64,000 bases of DNA from a bacterium (GTDB lineage Bacteria; Patescibacteriota; Patescibacteriia; JAACEG01; JAGUWE01): assembly GCA_043798995.1 (NCBI GenBank), contig JAZDOD010000011.1, forward strand, positions 4,737 through 68,736, written 5' to 3'. A program made the translations under genes and the position numbers. A model generated the notes under the pieces. It searched no databases. It was not told the origin of the DNA and saw only the letters and a list, made by a program, of their open reading frames with translations. Positions 1 to 9,975 of this stretch are shown piece by piece; the stretch's first letter is position 1, and each line of letters begins with the position of its first letter.

Positions 1-342
1 GGCGTGATTCGGGAATGCCTTAATCAGGTTTTTGATAAAAAAATTAAACTGCGTTTTCGGCCTGGTTATTTTCCTTTTACTGAGCCGAGCTTGGAAATGG
101 ACTTGGATTGTTTGGTTTGCGGCGGCAAGGGTTGCCGGGTTTGTAAACATTCCGGCTGGCTGGAATTTATGGGCGCAGGGTTGGTTCATCCCAATGTTTT
201 GCGTTACGGCGGCATTGATAGCGAAGTTTATCAGGGTTTTGCTTTCGGTTTTGGTTTGACCCGCTTAGTTATGCTTAAATATCGCCTTGATGACATTCGG
301 CTTCTTCACGGCGGCGATTTAAGATTTTTAAAGCAATTTTAA
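1..342 (+). CDS. pheS: Phenylalanine--tRNA ligase alpha subunit (3' part, truncated by window)
   Basis: [13 protein letters not shown], CxxCGGKGCxxCK insert, [16 protein letters not shown] motifs; pheT nearby. Confidence 0.97.
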   Translation, partial: GVIRECLNQVFDKKIKLRFRPGYFPFTEPSLEMDLDCLVCGGKGCRVCKHSGWLEFMGAGLVHPNVLRYGGIDSEVYQGFAFGFGLTRLVMLKYRLDDIRLLHGGDLRFLKQF

Positions 343-347
343 CTTTT

Positions 348-1220
348 ATGGCAAAGAAATTTTATCCCTTTTTATTTTTACTGATTATATTTTTATTTCC
401 CGTCTTATCTTTAGCCCAAAATCAAAATGGCTTTTCTTACGACAAAAGCAAAGTTGAAATTTGGCTTAATCAAGATTCAACTGTTGATATTGAGGAACAG
501 GATTATTTTGTTTTAAATGGTGACTTAGAGAGATTAAGCCGTAAATTTAGCGGTAAAAAGTTTGATTATTTTGCTAAATTAGAAATTCTAAATCCGGCTG
601 ACAAACCCTTAGAAAGAAAAGATTATACTTTTGCCAATAAAGCCGAAAGCTCAATTGACTGGCTGATCCCTCAAGATACTTATGTCGGCCAGGGCGTAAA
701 ATATACTTTAAAATACAAAATTTACGGAGCAATTTCTTTTTTGGCTGACAAAGATGAGCTGGTTTGGAATTTGATTCCGGCTGGAAACCGTCTTAAAAAG
801 ACCGAGGCGGTTATTCATCTGCCTAACATTAATATCAAAAAAGAAGATATAAAGATTGATCTTTCGACCGATGCGATTAATGTTGCCAAAGATATTTATC
901 GCAACGACAAATCAGTTTATGAGATTGTCAATGGCAGTGAATTTACTCGGCCAGTGGCAGCTTATTATTTAGCCGATGACAACACGATCCACTTTATTGG
1001 CCAGAATTTAGAAAAAGGCACTAAATTTGATATTCAGGTTTCTTTGCCCAAGGGTATTATTCTTGAACCAAAAGTAACTTATGGCAAAATGATTAACTGG
1101 TTAATCGGCCTGGGTGTTCTAATAGTTTTCCTTGGTTATTTGATTTACTATCGTTTTTTTGGCAAAAAGAAATTGCAAAAAGTTGAGGAAGAAGAGGAGG
1201 GCAATAGGTTTAGAAATTAG
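348..1220 (+). CDS. Membrane-anchored protein, DUF2207-like N-terminal domain
   Basis: Signal peptide, DSTVDIEE...YKIYGAI...ELVWNLI pattern, C-terminal TM helix. Confidence 0.6.
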   Translation: MAKKFYPFLFLLIIFLFPVLSLAQNQNGFSYDKSKVEIWLNQDSTVDIEEQDYFVLNGDLERLSRKFSGKKFDYFAKLEILNPADKPLERKDYTFANKAESSIDWLIPQDTYVGQGVKYTLKYKIYGAISFLADKDELVWNLIPAGNRLKKTEAVIHLPNINIKKEDIKIDLSTDAINVAKDIYRNDKSVYEIVNGSEFTRPVAAYYLADDNTIHFIGQNLEKGTKFDIQVSLPKGIILEPKVTYGKMINWLIGLGVLIVFLGYLIYYRFFGKKKLQKVEEEEEGNRFRN

Positions 1221-1232
1221 TAATTTAATTTT

Positions 1233-3725
1233 ATGTTTCTTTCCTACAATTGGCTTAAAGAATTTATTGAAATAAAATTACCGGCGGAAAAATTGGCGGA
1301 GCTTTTGACAATGCACTCGTTTGAAATTGATAAGATAAGAAAAACCGAGACGCAGATAGAAGGCGTTATTGTCGGGCAGATTAAAAAAACAAGAAAACAC
1401 CCGGAGCTTTCTAAACTTCAAATAGTTTTAGTTAATGTAGGTAAAAAGAATTTGGAAATCGTTTGTGGAGCTGCCAATATCAAAGTTGGCCAAAAAGTGC
1501 CGGTGGCTCAAGCGGGGACAAAATTACCAAACAATATAGTTATCAGTGATAGAGTAATCGGTGGTGTTAAATCAGCCGGTACGCTTTGTACGGCTCGGGA
1601 ATTAAAATTAGGCGAAGATCATAGCGGTATTATGATTTTGAGCAATTCTCTTAAAGTCGGCGAGTCGCTTGGTCTGGTTTTAGGTTTGGAAGACGTAATT
1701 TTTGAAGTTGATAATAAATCTTTAACTCATAGGCCTGATCTTTGGGGCCATTATGGCGTGGCGCGAGAAATTGCCGCTCTGACTAAAGCTAAATTAAAGC
1801 CCTTAACTTTCAAAGCGAGAATCCCGACTAAAATTAAAATTGAGCCGGATAATCATAAGGATGTTTTGGATGTCGTGGTTGAGGATTTTAAACTTTGTCC
1901 GCGTTATTTAGGAGTTGCCCTGGATAACATCCGCGTTGAGCTTTCACCGCTTTGGCTTAGCCAACGTTTAGAATCACTCGGAGTCAGGCCGGTCAACAAT
2001 ATTGTTGATTTAACTAATTATGTGATGCTGGAGGTGGGTCAGCCGATGCATGCTTTTGATTTGAACAAAGTTCTTAATAAAAAATTATTTGAGTCAATTG
2101 CTAAAATTGTCGCGAGAAAGGCAAGGAGAGGGGAAAGAATCGTGACCTTGGATAAAAAAACCAGGATTTTGGAAAGCGAGATGTTAGTTATTGCTGACAG
2201 TGAATCACCAATTGCTCTAGCCGGTATTATGGGCGGAATTAATTCCGAAATTGATGAAAATTCCAAGGTGATTATTTTAGAATCGGCTAATTTTAATCCC
2301 CTAAATATCAGACAAACCTCGGCTAAACTGGGACTACGCACCGAGGCCTCGATGCGTTTTGAAAAAGGTTTGGATCCGAACTTAGCCGAAATTGCTTTGA
2401 AACGCGCTCTGATACTTCTTTTTAAACTTTTACCTCAAGCCAGAATTGTCAGTAAAATTAGGGACAAGTCCCGTAAGTTTAAAAACTTACGGGACAAGAA
2501 AAAATTTAGTTTAAATGTCAAACCGATTAAAATTGAGTCCCGAATAATCAATCAGAAAATCGGAGTTGAATTGAAAGAAAAAGAAATTAAAGAAAGCTTA
2601 GCGCGGCTTGGTTTTAAAGTCAGCCGCCGCGGCCGGCAATTAGCCGTGACACCGCCGACCTGGCGCGCTACCGGCGATATTGTTATTGCCGAAGATGTTA
2701 TAGAAGAAGTTGCCAGAATCTATGGTTATAATAAAATAAATAGTTTTTTGCCCGCCATTAAACTTGAGGTTCCTAAAATTAGTTCCAGTTTGCGATTTGA
2801 AAGGGAGGTCAAGGATATTTTATTTGAACGCTTGGGTATGAGTGAAGTTTCAAATTATTCTTTCTTCAGCGCCGAACAGATTGTTAAATTGGGTTATCGG
2901 CCCACGAAATTTTTGCGACTTGCCAATCCAGTTTCCAAAGAAGCTGAATATCTGCGATTCAATTTACTGGGTAATCTGCTTCTTAATATTAATTCAAATC
3001 TCAGATTTTCCAGTGAATTTAGAATTTTTGAAATCGGCTCAATTTTTAAAAAAGAAACAAGCAACTATTTGAGAAGCAAAACCAGCAAAAAAAGATTGCC
3101 CAAACAGATAAAAACGGTGGTGGCCGCGATAGTTGATGAAGCCTTAAACTCCAAAGGCGCGCCGCATTTTTATCAGGTCAAAGGCATGGCGGAATATCTT
3201 CTTAAACATTTTGGCATTAATGATTATCAATTGGATGAAAAAAAGGTAAATAAAGAATTTTGGCATCCCAGCCGCGCTCTTACGGTAATTATTAATAATG
3301 AAAAAGTCGGCACTTTTGGCGAAATTCATCCGAAAATTCTAGAGCGTTTTGATATTTATACCCGGGTCGGCGCTTTTGAATTAAATTTAGAAAAACTGAT
3401 TAAATTCCACCAAGAAGAAAAAAAATACGAGCCGTTTTCCCGTTTTCCGGCGATTGTCCGCGATTTGTCATTTATCATTGATAAGAAAATTTTGTATAAT
3501 GATATTATGGCAAGTATCCAGAAAAATAATCCTTTAATTAAAAAATTAATTCTTTTTGATGTCTACCAGAGCGCTAAGATTGGCGCTAACAAAAAGAGTT
3601 TAACTTTTCATTTTATTTACCAATCAAATGAGCGCACCCTCAAAGCCGAGGAAGTGGAAGAGATTCAACTCAAAGTAATTAAAATGCTCCGAGAAAAATT
3701 CGGTGCGGAAGTGAGAGTAAAATAG
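1233..3725 (+). CDS. pheT: Phenylalanine--tRNA ligase beta subunit
   Basis: MFLSYNWLKEF, IVCGAANI, SLTHRPDL, QPMHAFD, RFEKGLDP, C-terminal RDLSF anticodon-binding domain. Confidence 0.97.
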   Translation: MFLSYNWLKEFIEIKLPAEKLAELLTMHSFEIDKIRKTETQIEGVIVGQIKKTRKHPELSKLQIVLVNVGKKNLEIVCGAANIKVGQKVPVAQAGTKLPNNIVISDRVIGGVKSAGTLCTARELKLGEDHSGIMILSNSLKVGESLGLVLGLEDVIFEVDNKSLTHRPDLWGHYGVAREIAALTKAKLKPLTFKARIPTKIKIEPDNHKDVLDVVVEDFKLCPRYLGVALDNIRVELSPLWLSQRLESLGVRPVNNIVDLTNYVMLEVGQPMHAFDLNKVLNKKLFESIAKIVARKARRGERIVTLDKKTRILESEMLVIADSESPIALAGIMGGINSEIDENSKVIILESANFNPLNIRQTSAKLGLRTEASMRFEKGLDPNLAEIALKRALILLFKLLPQARIVSKIRDKSRKFKNLRDKKKFSLNVKPIKIESRIINQKIGVELKEKEIKESLARLGFKVSRRGRQLAVTPPTWRATGDIVIAEDVIEEVARIYGYNKINSFLPAIKLEVPKISSSLRFEREVKDILFERLGMSEVSNYSFFSAEQIVKLGYRPTKFLRLANPVSKEAEYLRFNLLGNLLLNINSNLRFSSEFRIFEIGSIFKKETSNYLRSKTSKKRLPKQIKTVVAAIVDEALNSKGAPHFYQVKGMAEYLLKHFGINDYQLDEKKVNKEFWHPSRALTVIINNEKVGTFGEIHPKILERFDIYTRVGAFELNLEKLIKFHQEEKKYEPFSRFPAIVRDLSFIIDKKILYNDIMASIQKNNPLIKKLILFDVYQSAKIGANKKSLTFHFIYQSNERTLKAEEVEEIQLKVIKMLREKFGAEVRVK

Positions 3726-3802
3726 TTACAAATAACTTTTTATATTTTCCCGCCCTAGGCGGGATCCCGCTTTAGCGGTGATAATTTTTAACTTAATAAT
3801 TT

Positions 3803-4093
3803 ATGATCTACACTAGCAAGGACATTTTTTTTGTCGTTTTGTCTTTTTGCATTTTGCTTTTGACTTTTTTTACCTGCTGGATACTGTTTTATGTGGTTTC
3901 TATGTTTCGTCAGCTTAATCACGTTTTCGATGGCGTCAAAAGAAAAATGGATGCGGTTGATGATATTCTCAAAACCATTAAGGAAAAAATTGAACATTCT
4001 GCCTCGGCGGTTTTGCTTTTAGTCAAGGGTATTGAAGAGCTTATTTTCTTTTTAAAAGAAAGAAAAAGTAAGGGTAAAAAAGAAAAATCTTAA
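3803..4093 (+). CDS. Small membrane protein (TM helix plus coiled coil)
   Basis: 96 aa ORF with hydrophobic N-terminus. Confidence 0.7.
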   Translation: MIYTSKDIFFVVLSFCILLLTFFTCWILFYVVSMFRQLNHVFDGVKRKMDAVDDILKTIKEKIEHSASAVLLLVKGIEELIFFLKERKSKGKKEKS

Positions 4094-4159
4094 TTTTTTA
4101 TATATTTTTTAAAAAGAACTATTCTTCTAATTTTCCAAGTGAATGGTTCTTTTTTAATT

Positions 4160-4265
4160 TACCCCCACACCCAAAAAGCCCCATCTTTTAAAACAGACGA
4201 CACAGGACATGAGAAAAATTAATTATTTAGAAAATCCTAGCTATTTATGGCTGGGTGTGGGGGTG
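4160..4265. repeat. Inverted repeat element ACCCCCACACCCA...TGGGTGTGGGGGT
   Basis: 13-bp perfect inverted repeat enclosing about 80 bp upstream of dnaE. Confidence 0.6.
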
Positions 4266-4341
4266 TACTAATTATTGCCAAAGTGTTATACTATACTAAT
4301 ATTAAATTAAATAAAGGCGAAAAGTGAAAAAATAAAAGATT

Positions 4342-7300
4342 ATGAAATTTGTTCACCTGCATACCCATTCACATTATTCTTTACTTGATGGCTTAGCCAA
4401 GATTGATGAATTAATCAATAAGGCCAAGGAAGACTGTGCAGAAGCCTTGGCCTTGACTGATCACGGCGTAATGTATGGCGTGATTGAATTTTATCAGAAA
4501 GCTAAAGCCGCCGGTATTAAACCAATCATCGGCTGCGAGTCCTATATTGTGCCGCATTCCCGCCATCAGAAAGGGCCATTAGCCAACGAAGAGAGGCATC
4601 ATTTGATTTTATTGGCTAAAAATCAAGTAGGGTATCATAATCTGATTAGATTAACCACTTACGCTCATCTTGAAGGTTTTTATTACAAACCGCGGATTGA
4701 CTGGGAGCTTTTGGAAAAATATCACCAAGGGCTAATTGGTTTATCGGCTTGTCTTCAGGGTGAAATTCCCACTGCTATTTTAAGCGGTAATCTTAAAAAA
4801 ACAGAAGATGTTTTGGCTAAATATTTAAATCTTTTCGGCAGGGAAGATTTTTATTTAGAACTTCAGCATCACCCGACAATGCCGGAGCAAGCTCGGGTCA
4901 ATAAAGCGCTTTTGGATTTGGCAAAAAAATTCAAAGTCCAGGTAGTGGCAACTAATGACGTTCATTATTTAAACAAAGAAGACGCCGAAGCTCAGGATAT
5001 TTTACTTTGTTTACAGACCAAGAAAAAAAGAGAGGATAAGGATCGGATGAGTTTCTTGGGCGAGGATTTTTCTTTTAAATCACAGGAAGAAATGATTGCC
5101 AGTTTTCATGATTGCCCTGAAGCCATTCAAAATACCGTCAAAATTGCTGAAAGTTGCGATTTAGAAATAGAATTGGGCAAAGTAACTTTGCCGCACTTTG
5201 AGGTGCCAAGCGGTAAAACTGCCGATGAATTTTTACACGAGCTTTGTCTTGAGGGTTTGGCTTTGCGTTATGGCAAACGCTCCGGAGATGCGGAATATCT
5301 CGAGCGCCTTGATTATGAACTGAAAATTATTAAGAAAACCGGTTTTGCCTCATTTTTTTTGATTGTTCAGGATTTTGTCAATTGGGCAAAAAAACAAAAT
5401 ATTGTGGTGGGGCCGGGTCGCGGCAGTGCCGCCGGTAGTTTAGTTTCTTACGTTTTAAATATTACTGACATTGATCCTTTAATTTATGATTTGCTTTTTG
5501 AAAGATTTTTAAATCCAGAAAGAGTTTCCATGCCGGATTTTGATTTAGATTTTGCTGACATTAGGCGCGAGGAAGTTATTCGTTATGTTGAAGAAAAATA
5601 TGGCCGTGATCGGGTGGCGCAAATTATTACCTTTGGCACTATGGCTGCCCGAGCGGCAATCAGAGATGTCGGCCGGGTAATGGCGCTTTCTTACAGTTAT
5701 TGTGATAAAATTGCCAAAATGATTCCTTTTTTTTCCAGTTTATCTCAGGCACTTAACACCAATGTTGAATTAAGAGAATTGTATCTTAAAGATCCAAACG
5801 CCAAAGAATTACTTGAAACAGCGAAAAAATTGGAAGGTGTGGCTCGGCACGCTTCAACTCATGCCTGCGGCGTTTTAATCACGCGCGAGCCGCTTTATAA
5901 TTATGTACCTTTGCAATTTGCTTCAAGCGGCGACAAAACCATAGTTTCTCAATATTCTTTGCATCCGATTGAAGATTTGGGACTTTTAAAAATGGATTTT
6001 TTGGGCCTTAAAAATTTGACTTTAATTGAAAATGTGCACGAAATTGTCCAAAAAACCCGCGGAGAAGATATTAAAATAGAGAAAATTCCTTTGGATGATA
6101 AAAAAACTTATCGCTTGCTTCAGCGCGGCGAAACAACCGGCGTCTTCCAACTGGAATCAAGCGGCATGAGGAGATATCTTAAAATGCTCAAACCAACTGA
6201 ATTTGAAGACATTATCGCTATGGTTGCGCTTTATCGGCCGGGCCCGATGGAATGGATTCCTGATTTTATTGACCGAAAACACGGCCAAAAGAAAATTGTT
6301 TATCTTCATTCAAAACTGGAGCCGATTCTTAAAAAAACTTATGGCGTGGCTATTTATCAGGAGCAGGTGATGAAGATCGCTCGGGAGCTGGCCGGTTTTA
6401 CTTTAGGCGAGGCCGATATTTTAAGAAAAGCCGTTGGCAAAAAAATTCCTCATCTTTTGACCAAGCAAAAGAAAAAATTTATTGAAGGTTGTGTTAAAAA
6501 TAATGTTTCAGCCAAGTTAGCCGAGCAGGTTTTTTCTTTTATTGAGCCATTTGCCGGCTACGGCTTTAATAGGAGTCACGCGGCCTGCTATGCCATGATT
6601 GGTTATCAAACCGCTTATCTTAAAGCCAATTTTCCGGTTGAATTTGTGGCCGCGCTTCTGACTTCCGAAGAAGGCAGCACTGAAAAAATCAATCTTATTG
6701 TCCAGGAATGCCTGGCAATGGGTATTGAAGTTTTGCCTCCGGACATCAATGAGAGTTTTAAGCATTTTACAGTTTTGCCAAAAAGCGAAAAGCCTACCAT
6801 TCGCTTTGGCCTTTTGGCTATTAAAAATGTCGGTGAAAATGTCATCAATGTCATTGTTCATGAGCGAAAACAAAATGGTTCTTACCAAAATTTGGAAGAT
6901 TTTCTTAGCCGGATTAAATGCAAAGACCTAAATAAGAAATCATTGGAAAGTTTAATTAAAAGCGGAGCTTTGGATCGGTTTGGCGAACGGGCGCAAATGT
7001 TGTATAATATAGAAAAAATTTTATCCTTTATCAAAGAAATTCAGAAAAACAGCCAAGACAAACAAGCCAATTTATTTGGCGCTACTTCTTCTGGCCAGTT
7101 TGCCAAACTAAATTTGGAAAAATTTGAAACAGCTTCAGAAAAACAAAAATTGACCTGGGAAAAAGAACTTCTCGGCCTTTATATTTCAGCCCATCCTTTT
7201 AAAAGTTTTGAGCCATATTTAAAGGAAATAATGGTTAATTGTTACGAGATTAATAAATTAGCCCAAAAAGAGAATGATATTGAGTACGTTCCTGATGGCG

Positions 7301-7632
7301 AACAAAATCCGCCAAATTTAAACGGCCATAATCTAAAAGGTCTGATTAAGATGGCTGGGGTAATTACCAAAATTCAAAAAGTTTTTACTCGAAGCGGCGA
7401 GCCAATGATTTTTGCCAATCTGGAAGATACAACCGGCAAAATTGAGATTTTAGTTTTTCCGAGCACTTTGAACCAAACCAGCCACATTTGGCAGGAAGAA
7501 AAAATTGTTATTGTTTTGGGCAAACTTTCAGATAAAGAAGGAGTGCCGAAATTGCTTTGTCAGGGAGTTTGCGAAGTGACCCCGCTTAATGTGAAGGAAA
7601 TAGCGCAAAGATTAAAAAGAGAAAATCGCTAA
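4342..7632 (+). CDS. dnaE: DNA polymerase III subunit alpha
   Basis: FVHLHTHSHYSLLDG PHP domain, GPGRGSAAGS, MPDFDLDF, GFNRSHAACY, OB fold; no intein seen. Confidence 0.98.
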   Translation: MKFVHLHTHSHYSLLDGLAKIDELINKAKEDCAEALALTDHGVMYGVIEFYQKAKAAGIKPIIGCESYIVPHSRHQKGPLANEERHHLILLAKNQVGYHNLIRLTTYAHLEGFYYKPRIDWELLEKYHQGLIGLSACLQGEIPTAILSGNLKKTEDVLAKYLNLFGREDFYLELQHHPTMPEQARVNKALLDLAKKFKVQVVATNDVHYLNKEDAEAQDILLCLQTKKKREDKDRMSFLGEDFSFKSQEEMIASFHDCPEAIQNTVKIAESCDLEIELGKVTLPHFEVPSGKTADEFLHELCLEGLALRYGKRSGDAEYLERLDYELKIIKKTGFASFFLIVQDFVNWAKKQNIVVGPGRGSAAGSLVSYVLNITDIDPLIYDLLFERFLNPERVSMPDFDLDFADIRREEVIRYVEEKYGRDRVAQIITFGTMAARAAIRDVGRVMALSYSYCDKIAKMIPFFSSLSQALNTNVELRELYLKDPNAKELLETAKKLEGVARHASTHACGVLITREPLYNYVPLQFASSGDKTIVSQYSLHPIEDLGLLKMDFLGLKNLTLIENVHEIVQKTRGEDIKIEKIPLDDKKTYRLLQRGETTGVFQLESSGMRRYLKMLKPTEFEDIIAMVALYRPGPMEWIPDFIDRKHGQKKIVYLHSKLEPILKKTYGVAIYQEQVMKIARELAGFTLGEADILRKAVGKKIPHLLTKQKKKFIEGCVKNNVSAKLAEQVFSFIEPFAGYGFNRSHAACYAMIGYQTAYLKANFPVEFVAALLTSEEGSTEKINLIVQECLAMGIEVLPPDINESFKHFTVLPKSEKPTIRFGLLAIKNVGENVINVIVHERKQNGSYQNLEDFLSRIKCKDLNKKSLESLIKSGALDRFGERAQMLYNIEKILSFIKEIQKNSQDKQANLFGATSSGQFAKLNLEKFETASEKQKLTWEKELLGLYISAHPFKSFEPYLKEIMVNCYEINKLAQKENDIEYVPDGEQNPPNLNGHNLKGLIKMAGVITKIQKVFTRSGEPMIFANLEDTTGKIEILVFPSTLNQTSHIWQEEKIVIVLGKLSDKEGVPKLLCQGVCEVTPLNVKEIAQRLKRENR

Positions 7633-7681
7633 AATAAAATTAAAATTTTAAAGATAGTTTTGCCTTTTTCGTTGTTATTTT

Positions 7682-7741
7682 TCCGCCCGAGGCGTGCGCC
7701 CGAGGCCCATCCGCCTCTGGCGGAGATCCGCCTTTGGCGGA
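7682..7741. repeat. 60-bp composite palindromic element (TCCGCC...GGCGGA), intergenic copy
   Basis: 57/60 identical to copies at 13116-13175 and 46185-46244 (reverse). Confidence 0.9.
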
Positions 7742-7759
7742 AACTTTTAAGTTTATTTT

Positions 7760-8920
7760 ATGTTTGATTACAAAAAAATCGCTTTTATTTATCTTGGTTT
7801 GTCAATTTTGATTTTAGGCGCGGTTTTATATTTTACTTTATATAAAGCAACGATTATTATTACTCCGGCGGTGGAAAAAATGAGTTTAAATTTTGATTTA
7901 GTTGTTAAGGAAGTGCCTTTTGTTTCGCCTGACGACACAACCACCATTCCTGGTAAAATTTTTTCCGAGGAAAAATCTCTAAACGAAACTTTTTCAGCTA
8001 CGGCCAGCCAGAAAGTTGAAGTTACAACCTCGCCTAAAGTCACTTTGATTAATACTACCAATCAGAATCAGACTTTAATCGCCACCACGCGGCTGCTGAC
8101 GCCGGAAAATCATCTTTTTCGGCTAAAAAACAGGGTGATAGTGCCGGCCCAAGGGCAGATAGAGGCTGAAGTTTATCCCGATGATTCTAAATTAGAGGTT
8201 AATTTAAATAAAACCCGCTTGACGATTCCGGGCTTAAACAAGGAACTTCAGCAAAGAATTTATGGGCAAGCTCAAGATCTTGTTACCGGCAAATCGCGCG
8301 AAGTAAAAGTGATAAATCAGGTTGATCTGGACCAAGCCAAAGGAGCTCTTACTCAGAAATTATATGAAGAAATTGTCTCCGGTTTTAAAAATCAGTTAGT
8401 TGAAGCCAGTAACGACAAATTAGCCGCTAACATTTATGCCGCCGATACTTTAAAGATAGTCGGCAGCCGTGAAGTTTTAGAATCTCAAACTGATAAAACC
8501 GCCGGTGATATTTCCGACTCATTTGAACAAAAATTAAAATTAAAAGTAGTGGCCGCTGTTTTTGACGAGGCGCGACTCTTGGATTTAGCCAAACGCAAAT
8601 TAAATTCCTCCATCCCCAGCGATAAACAATTAATTGATATTGATAAGAAAAGTTTTAACTACTCGGTTGAAAGCTACGATCTGGCAGCAAAATCCATTAA
8701 TTTAAAGGTTTATGTTGATGGCAAAATAGTTATATCAGAAAAAAGCGGTTTTTTGGATAAGAGTAAACTTACAGGCCTGACCAAAGAAGAAGTGAATAAA
8801 TATTTTACTCAGTCACCGGCCATTAAATCAGTGGAAATTAAATTTTTACCCTTTTGGCTAAAACGAGTGCCTGCTTCTGTTGAAAGAATCACGGTTATTA
8901 TCAATCAACCAGCCATTTAG
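7760..8920 (+). CDS. Membrane-anchored hypothetical protein (possibly baseplate-J-like family common in CPR)
   Basis: 386 aa ORF, N-terminal TM, TTRLLTPE and PFWLKRVP motifs; family assignment tentative. Confidence 0.6.
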   Translation: MFDYKKIAFIYLGLSILILGAVLYFTLYKATIIITPAVEKMSLNFDLVVKEVPFVSPDDTTTIPGKIFSEEKSLNETFSATASQKVEVTTSPKVTLINTTNQNQTLIATTRLLTPENHLFRLKNRVIVPAQGQIEAEVYPDDSKLEVNLNKTRLTIPGLNKELQQRIYGQAQDLVTGKSREVKVINQVDLDQAKGALTQKLYEEIVSGFKNQLVEASNDKLAANIYAADTLKIVGSREVLESQTDKTAGDISDSFEQKLKLKVVAAVFDEARLLDLAKRKLNSSIPSDKQLIDIDKKSFNYSVESYDLAAKSINLKVYVDGKIVISEKSGFLDKSKLTGLTKEEVNKYFTQSPAIKSVEIKFLPFWLKRVPASVERITVIINQPAI

Positions 8921-8923
8921 GAT

Positions 8924-8951
8924 TTGACAAGGAATTTGAAAATGCTATAAT
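8924..8951 (+). promoter_or_regulatory. Sigma70 promoter of T-box leader
   Basis: TTGACA-16 nt-TATAAT with extended -10 TG. Confidence 0.8.
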
Positions 8952-8959
8952 TTTATTGT

Positions 8960-9140
8960 TTAAAGGTAATTGCTGTGGCTACCGACCATAGTGCTCCGTT
9001 AAGGGGTAGAGAGTTAGCTCTCCTAAGCCAATTATAAATCAAGCGCCTTGCCGACCTTAAAATTGGTAGGGAATTTGGGTGGAACCGCCCCACTAAGAAT
9101 GGGTCCCAAAAGTCATTTCGATTTTTGGGTTTTTATTTTT
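8960..9140 (+). promoter_or_regulatory. T-box riboswitch (probably Thr, ACC specifier)
   Basis: Antiterminator TTTGGG-TGGAACC-...-CCCAAA (9074-9110), overlapping terminator 9105-9129 plus U tract, CCGTTA motif; thrS is the next same-strand gene. Confidence 0.75.
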
Positions 9141-9150
9141 TGTATATTTT

Positions 9151-9216
9151 GTTCCGGCTTCCGAACCAGAATCCAGAACCTTAAAAAAATTGATTCCCGT
9201 TTCCGCGAGAATGACA
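9151..9216. repeat. Degenerate GTCA/TGAC palindrome doublet (family A)
   Basis: GAATCCAG...GATTCCCGTTTCCGCGAGAATGACA. Confidence 0.6.
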
Positions 9217-9302
9217 CATATTTTTTAACAAAAGAAAAACCGTCTAAAATTTAAGTCACTTGACTTTATTTTAGACGGCTAGATTTTTGAGACAGGATTT
9301 GG

Positions 9303-9716
9303 CTATAAGTAGATTGGTTTTTCTTTTTTTCGCCTGGGATAATCCCATGGAGCGATTGACTGGAAGCCTTTGAAGCTTAAAATAGTGCCGCAACTTGAGC
9401 ATTTCGTTTCTCTGGCAATCTTTTCAATAAATTGGGTGCCGGCAATCTGTTCAAGCGATAATTGGACTTCAATTCTTTCAAGCTTTCTGCAACTTGGGCA
9501 GTGGATTTTAAGAACCTGGGACGATAAGGGAGTCAACGCGGTTTGGCAACCTCTGAAACTTATTTCCTGGCTGCAGTGAATACACCTCTTTTCCCTGATG
9601 ATCTTTTCAATATAAAGGGTTTTAGCGTCGCTTGAGGCCGAGACCTCAATCTCAAAATTGATTACCCGTTTACATTTGGTTCTGGTGCACCTGATGTTAA
9701 GAAATTCTATCGGCAT
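9303..9716 (-). CDS. Orphan protein with two internal zinc-ribbon-like repeats
   Basis: Four CxxC-type pairs, duplicated IEKIxRExxCxxC unit, SD AAGGAGG. Confidence 0.75.
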   Translation of the reverse strand: MPIEFLNIRCTRTKCKRVINFEIEVSASSDAKTLYIEKIIREKRCIHCSQEISFRGCQTALTPLSSQVLKIHCPSCRKLERIEVQLSLEQIAGTQFIEKIARETKCSSCGTILSFKGFQSIAPWDYPRRKKEKPIYL

Positions 9717-9732
9717 CTTCCACCTCCTTTAT

Positions 9733-9975
9733 TCATTTTATCCCTGCTTTTTGGCCAAAATAACCGCATTTTTTACATTCAACGCAAAGTTCCGCAACCG
9801 AGCCGGTCTTGGACTGGCCTTTTGTTTTCTTTAATTCTACATAACATTCCCCGCCGTTAAGAGCTGTTTCGCCGCATATAGGGCAACAGAAAGTGACCCC
9901 GCTCGGTAAAAATAATACCCGGGCAAAAGACGCGGTACCCATCAACGAACCAATACCTAATCTCGCTGTTTTCAT
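9733..9975 (-). CDS. Small zinc-ribbon-like orphan protein
   Basis: CPIC...CKKC, SD AAGGAGG. Confidence 0.65.
   Translation of the reverse strand: MKTARLGIGSLMGTASFARVLFLPSGVTFCCPICGETALNGGECYVELKKTKGQSKTGSVAELCVECKKCGYFGQKAGIK

Noticed and set aside
4342-7632. Intein in DnaE (also considered GyrB)
   Set aside because: Normal lengths and no intein terminal motifs
7760-8920. Prophage or tail gene cluster suggested by the baseplate-J-like protein
   Set aside because: No other phage genes nearby; the protein has a TM anchor and a housekeeping context
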